Of a DNA stretch of 63,792 nt, positions 59,752-63,792 are shown piece by piece; the stretch's first letter is position 1, and each line of letters begins with the position of its first letter. The notes beneath the pieces were generated by a model. It saw only the letters and a program-made list of their open reading frames with translations, ran no database searches and had not been told where the DNA came from. The position numbers and the translations under genes were made by a program. Origin of the DNA: Deltaproteobacteria bacterium (GTDB lineage Bacteria > Myxococcota > XYA12-FULL-58-9); assembly GCA_041309305.1 (NCBI GenBank), contig JBFYZW010000235.1:1-63792 (forward strand). The letters run 5' to 3'.

Positions 59752-61866
59752 TCAGGTGCCGATACGCGCCTGGATTGCGGTGATCGCCACGGTATTGACG
59801 ATGTCCTCGACCGTGCAGCCGCGGCTGAGGTCGTTGACCGGTTTGTTCAGGCCCTGGAGCACCGGACCGATGGCGACGGCGCGAGCCGAGCGCTGCACCG
59901 CCTTGTAGGTGTTGTTGCCCGTGTTGAGGTCCGGGAAGATGAAGACCGTCGCCCGCCCGGCGACCTTCGAGCCGGGCAGCTTGGTCTTGGCGACGCTGGC
60001 ATCGACCGCAGCGTCGTATTGCAGCGGTCCTTCGAGGACGAGCTCCGGGTAATTCCTGCGCGCAATGGCCACCGCCTCGCGGACCTTGTCGACGTCGGCG
60101 CCCTGCCCCGATTCGCCGGTCGAGTAGGAGAGCATTGCCACCACCGGTTCGATGCCGAAGGCGCGGGCCGTCTCGGCGCTGGCGGCGGCGATCTCCGCCA
60201 ACTCGGCGGCGGTCGGGTCGGGGTTGACGGCGCAATCGCCGTAGACCAGCACCCGGTCCTCGAGACACATGAAGAAGACCGATGAGACGAGGCTGAAGCC
60301 GCGGCGGGTCTTGATCAGCTGCAGGGCCGGCCGGATGGTGGCCGCCGTCGAGGTTGTCGCCCCGGAGACCATCCCGTCCGCGCGCCCCGTGTGGACCATC
60401 AACGTGCCGAAGACCGGTGGTTCGAGCACCGCCTCGCGCGCCCGCTCGATGGTCATGCCCTTGTGAGCGCGCGCCTGCTGGTAGACCGACGCGAGCTCTT
60501 CGAGCCAGGGGCACTTGGGCGGATCGACGATCTCGGCGCCATCGAGATCGAGGCGGAGCTGACCTGCCTGAGCGCGCAGGTCGTCCGGGTTGCCGAGCAG
60601 CGTCAGGCGCACCGCCTTGAGGCGCAGCAGCGCGTCTGCCGCCTTCAGGATCCGATCGACGTTGCCCTCCGGCAGGACGATGTGGCGATCGGCGGCGCGA
60701 GCCCGACGCACCAGCTCGTACTTGAAGGCTTTGGGCGACATCTGCTTGGGCGCGGCGAGGCGCACGCTCTGCGCCAACACCTCGGTGTCGACGTTCGACT
60801 CGAACAACTGGCGTGCGATCGCCACGTCGCGATGGTGCTCCGGCTCGATGTGGATGCGCAGGCCGGCGAGGCTCATGATCGTCTCGTAGGTGTTGACCGG
60901 CGAGCGCACGATCGGGAAGCGCGGCCCCGGCAGGCCCTCGAGCAACTGGGCCACCGGCGGGGCGAGCTCGCGTTCTCCCGAGAGGACCATGCCGCCGATG
61001 TTGGGCGCGGCACGCGACATCAGGGCCACCAGCGCCATGAAGATGGCATCGTGGCGGTCGAGGTGGGTGACCAGCAGGACGTTGTTGTCGAGCAACGGGA
61101 TCATCGTCTCCACCGAACCGGAGGCGACGATCGTCTTGCCGACCTTGTTGTGCAGGTGCTGTTTGCCGAACAGGACCCGGCCACCGAGGTGCGCGGCGAT
61201 CTGATCCATGCGGGGCATGGCGAGGTTGGCGTCGAAGGGGATGGCAGCGACGAGCTTGACCCCGGTCTTGGCGAGCGGCGCCCCCGTCTGCTCCCGCACC
61301 CGTTCGAGCGCGGCCGGGCTGACCTTGTTGATGAAGACCGCCAAGACCTCGCAGCCCTTGCGCGCGAAGTTATCGATGCCGATGCGCGCGTCCGAGACGA
61401 TCGCGTCGACGTCCCCCGCAGAGCCGTCCACTGCCAGGGCCACCGGGATATTGAGATCCCGCGCCAGGTCGCTGTTGAAGTCCGACTCGAGCGCCGAGGT
61501 CAGCGGCAAGAAGTCCGTCCCCTCGCAAAGGATGAAGTCGACCTTCTCCTCGAGGCGCTTGAACTTGGCCAGGATCTCCTCACGCACTGCACCGACCTGC
61601 CCGGCGGCCAGGCGCGCCTCGACCTCTTCAGCGGTGGCGCCGACCATCTCGTCGAGCTCCACCTCGAGGTGAAAGGTCTCGCGCACCAGATGCGCCTCGC
61701 GGTCGGCGATGCGCTCACCGTTCTGCGCCGCGCGGTAGGGCACGCCAATCGGGCGGAAGAAGCCGATGCGCCCGATCGTCCGCTCGAGCACGTCCATCAG
61801 CCCCAAGGAAACCAGCACCTTGCCACTGTTGGGGTTGGTGCCCGAGATGTACAGGCTGTTGGCCAT
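59752..61866 (-). CDS. pta: Phosphate acetyltransferase, long form (BioD-like/DRTGG N-terminal domains plus PTA_PTB catalytic domain)
   Basis: 704 aa from the internal ATG at 61866 (MANSLYISGTNPNSGK...). The C-terminal PTA motifs are typical (GMVSGATTSTAATIRPALQ, VFIFPDLNTGNNTYKAVQR). The ORF-track N-terminal extension was rejected. Confidence 0.9.
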   Translation of the reverse strand: MANSLYISGTNPNSGKVLVSLGLMDVLERTIGRIGFFRPIGVPYRAAQNGERIADREAHLVRETFHLEVELDEMVGATAEEVEARLAAGQVGAVREEILAKFKRLEEKVDFILCEGTDFLPLTSALESDFNSDLARDLNIPVALAVDGSAGDVDAIVSDARIGIDNFARKGCEVLAVFINKVSPAALERVREQTGAPLAKTGVKLVAAIPFDANLAMPRMDQIAAHLGGRVLFGKQHLHNKVGKTIVASGSVETMIPLLDNNVLLVTHLDRHDAIFMALVALMSRAAPNIGGMVLSGERELAPPVAQLLEGLPGPRFPIVRSPVNTYETIMSLAGLRIHIEPEHHRDVAIARQLFESNVDTEVLAQSVRLAAPKQMSPKAFKYELVRRARAADRHIVLPEGNVDRILKAADALLRLKAVRLTLLGNPDDLRAQAGQLRLDLDGAEIVDPPKCPWLEELASVYQQARAHKGMTIERAREAVLEPPVFGTLMVHTGRADGMVSGATTSTAATIRPALQLIKTRRGFSLVSSVFFMCLEDRVLVYGDCAVNPDPTAAELAEIAAASAETARAFGIEPVVAMLSYSTGESGQGADVDKVREAVAIARRNYPELVLEGPLQYDAAVDASVAKTKLPGSKVAGRATVFIFPDLNTGNNTYKAVQRSARAVAIGPVLQGLNKPVNDLSRGCTVEDIVNTVAITAIQARIGT

Positions 61867-62033
61867 GTGACTCTCCCTCAGAGCGCCTGAGCATAGGCGG
61901 GTCGGGCAGAGGGCACAACGCCCGCCGAGGCCATCTGCTCCACCGAGATCAACCTCGCGGCCTTGCCAAGGCGCATCGCTCGGGGAGCGCGGTGACCGGG
62001 GCGGTTGGTGGTGGAGAGGGCGCCGCGTTTCGC

Positions 62034-62918
62034 TCAGGGGAAGCGCAAGCGCAGGACCCAACCTTCCCACATCCGCTGAAACGCCTTCATGTCGTTGGTG
62101 CCGAGGACGCTGATGAGCGTGGCGTAGCCGGTGGGGTCGCGGCCGCGCGCCGCGCGGAAGGCGTGGTAGAAGCGCGAGAGCGCGCCCTGCTCCTGCAGGT
62201 AGTAGAGCAGGTAGCGCGCCTGGGCGTAGTTGGTTCCGGGGTCCTCGCTGTAGAAGCCGTCATCGGTGGTGGCGCAGAGGTTGCGGAAGCTCGGCAGCTT
62301 CTGGGCGCGGATGGCTTGCTGCAGGCCGCTCAACCGCCAGTTGGTGAAGCCGACGATGTGGCCCTCGCGCTCGCCCGATTGCTCGTAGAGCGAACCCAGG
62401 CCTTCGTTCAGCCACGAGGGACAGCCGGGGAAGTTGGCCGCGATGAAGGGGTGGACGATTTCGTGCACCAGGGTACCGCCGCCAGTCGCGATGTTCATGA
62501 TCAGCGCCCCGTGGCGGCTCGAGTAGTAGCCGTACGGCGTGTCCGGGTGGTCGCCGAAGAGCTTCGCGGTCAGGCGCCGGTAGCTGTCGGCGTCGCCGAA
62601 TAGCCAGATGACCAGGATCTCCCCCGGATCGTCGGGGAAGTAGTCGGCCCGCAACAGCCGCACCGCCCAGCGCACTGTGCTCTCGGCGTGTCGCCGAACG
62701 GTCGCTTCGTCCTCGTTGCCGACCACCACGAACGGCGGCTCGACGACGAGGTGAAACTCCTCGTCTGGCAACTCGGCGAGCAGGATGCGGATCTCGGCGA
62801 GCTTGGCGTCGTACTCCGCCTCGGTGAAGCCCACGACGCACAGAGCCAGGACAGACAGGTGAGTCAACATGGTGGAGGTCCAGAGCATGAATCGGGCCGA
62901 GCCGCCGATGTCGGACAC
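62034..62918 (-). CDS. Putative secreted zinc metallopeptidase-like protein (HExxH, DUF1570-like)
   Basis: 294 aa. VHEIVH, plus a Glu about 20 residues downstream (NEGLGSLYE), gives a gluzincin-like arrangement. The N-terminal hydrophobic segment is MLTHLSVLALCVVG. The start may be at 62888 or 62870. Confidence 0.65.
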   Translation of the reverse strand: MSDIGGSARFMLWTSTMLTHLSVLALCVVGFTEAEYDAKLAEIRILLAELPDEEFHLVVEPPFVVVGNEDEATVRRHAESTVRWAVRLLRADYFPDDPGEILVIWLFGDADSYRRLTAKLFGDHPDTPYGYYSSRHGALIMNIATGGGTLVHEIVHPFIAANFPGCPSWLNEGLGSLYEQSGEREGHIVGFTNWRLSGLQQAIRAQKLPSFRNLCATTDDGFYSEDPGTNYAQARYLLYYLQEQGALSRFYHAFRAARGRDPTGYATLISVLGTNDMKAFQRMWEGWVLRLRFP

Positions 62919-63321
62919 TGATCCATGGTTGCTGGAGAATCAGATGATTGGCTGGAGGGCCAGCGGAGCTGCCCGCAGGCAGCGTCAACCGCCTTTGCCG
63001 GATGTCAGGATCCCTACGGCCGCCCGAAGCAGGCCTGCGCATGTCGCGTATTGCCACGCGCCCATGTACGCGCCAACCACACGGCGGCCGCGCCTCGTCT
63101 GACGATGGTTGCCCGTTGTCCCATTCGCCGTCCCAGGCTGCATGGTGGATGCCAGCGAAGCCTGGCGGATGAGGTGAAGAATACTGTCTGATTGCAACCA
63201 GTTGGCTCCACGGGGACTGGGCGGCCGAGGCTCTTTGGGGGAATCGGGTCCCCGCCGGCCGGACGCCCGGTGGGATGGTGCGCTGATTGACGGGCCAACC
63301 TCGGCCGCATACGGTGCGCCG

Positions 63322-63792
63322 ATGACCGACGCCAAGCGCACGCGCATGTTCGACAGTGAAGAGCCCCAGAACCCGTCGCCGCGGACGACGATCGTCGGTG
63401 GCCGGCCACCGGACCAGCGCACCGACCTGCCGCCGGTGCCAATCGGCCTGCAGCAGCTGCTGCGCCTGGCCTCGGTCGATGATGGCTTCGCCGCCGAGTT
63501 GGTGACGCGCCGCAGTGCTCTCGCCGAGCAGGCCGGGGTGGCGTTGACCGCCAACGAGCGGGCAATCCTCGACGCCGTACCGGCCGCGCAGCTCACTGCT
63601 ATGGCTCACAACCTGCCACCACCGGCCCCCGACCGGCGCGACTTCCTGCGCGAGACCGCGCGGACCGCCGTGGTGGCGCTCGGCGGCGTGGTGTTGGCCA
63701 GCGCCTCGGCCGCCTGCCCGGTGACGCGCGGCATCACCCCCGACGAGCCGCCGCCGCCGACCCGGGGCATCTCTCCGGACGTGCCACCGCCG
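63322..63792 (+). CDS. Partial ORF (runs off the window) containing an internal Tat-type signal plus lipobox and Pro-rich repeats
   Basis: The frame is open from the ATG at 63322 to the window end. DRRDFLRETARTAVVALGGVVLASASAAC carries a twin-arginine motif and a lipobox. The in-frame ATG at 63601 (MAHNLPPPAPDRRDFL) is an alternative start. Then comes TRGITPDEPPPPTRGISPDVPPP. Confidence 0.5.
   Translation, partial: MTDAKRTRMFDSEEPQNPSPRTTIVGGRPPDQRTDLPPVPIGLQQLLRLASVDDGFAAELVTRRSALAEQAGVALTANERAILDAVPAAQLTAMAHNLPPPAPDRRDFLRETARTAVVALGGVVLASASAACPVTRGITPDEPPPPTRGISPDVPPP

Noticed and set aside
1-63792. CRISPR arrays, rRNA, tRNA and prophage modules.
   Set aside because: No regularly spaced short direct repeats, no rRNA-like or tRNA-like sequence, and no capsid, terminase or integrase signatures were found on reading the sequence. 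The only tandem repeats are coding (42004-44026 and the Ig-like repeats in 32371-35937).

Overview
This is a 63.8-kb, very GC-rich bacterial chromosomal segment. Hand counts of sample 60-nt lines give about 67-75% GC. It is most likely from Myxococcota: it has two MYXO-CTERM-type C-terminal tails, several Myxococcus-type cysteine-rich repeats, many lipobox lipoproteins and very large repeat-rich surface proteins. No rRNA, tRNA or CRISPR array was seen. Most long antisense ORFs in the track are high-GC shadow ORFs.

Content in order:
- A degenerate IS256-like remnant at the left edge.
- A PQQ-type beta-propeller gene.
- A surface-glycan locus: a GH-A glycosidase lipoprotein, a Cys-rich lipoprotein, a GT2 fused to a GT-C-like membrane domain, and a lower-GC processive GT2.
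- A DUF3820 plus DinB-like gene pair.
- A 1302-aa Cys-rich/NHL-repeat protein.
- A small accessory island holding a possible Cys-His-Asp enzyme and an LPP20-like lipoprotein.
- A tightly coupled oleABCD olefin/beta-lactone operon.
- A divergent pair of ArsA/GET3-like ATPases.
- A secreted VWA protein and an ABC-F ATPase.
- A second small island: an IS110 5' fragment, a paralogous LPP20-like lipoprotein and a small membrane protein.
- A DUF4139-like lipoprotein.
- About 12 kb of giant surface proteins: an SbsA/Big_5 Ig-repeat lipoprotein, a possible beta-helix lipoprotein, and a 1589-aa beta-helix plus 20x CGCG/TSP3-like repeat protein with MYXO-CTERM.
- A small Gly/Ser-rich ORF followed by a 392-aa protein.
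- A CBM9-containing lipoprotein, an FN3/Kelch lipoprotein and a PilZ protein.
- A three-gene operon: an unknown protein, an Hsp90-like GHKL ATPase and a 1215-aa protein with a degenerate GHKL-like N-terminus.
- pta, an HExxH metallopeptidase-like protein and a partial ORF at the right edge.

Two things are least explained by known annotation classes:
1. A dispersed, same-orientation repeat family, here called R1. It has five copies and sits at the edges of accessory blocks. Its 3' tail has a coding-like substitution pattern, it carries a conserved in-frame TGA where upstream small ORFs stop, and one copy has its centre replaced by a low-GC ORF cassette.
2. The GHKL / pseudo-GHKL three-gene operon.

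All functional calls rest on motif recognition by eye. No database search was possible.
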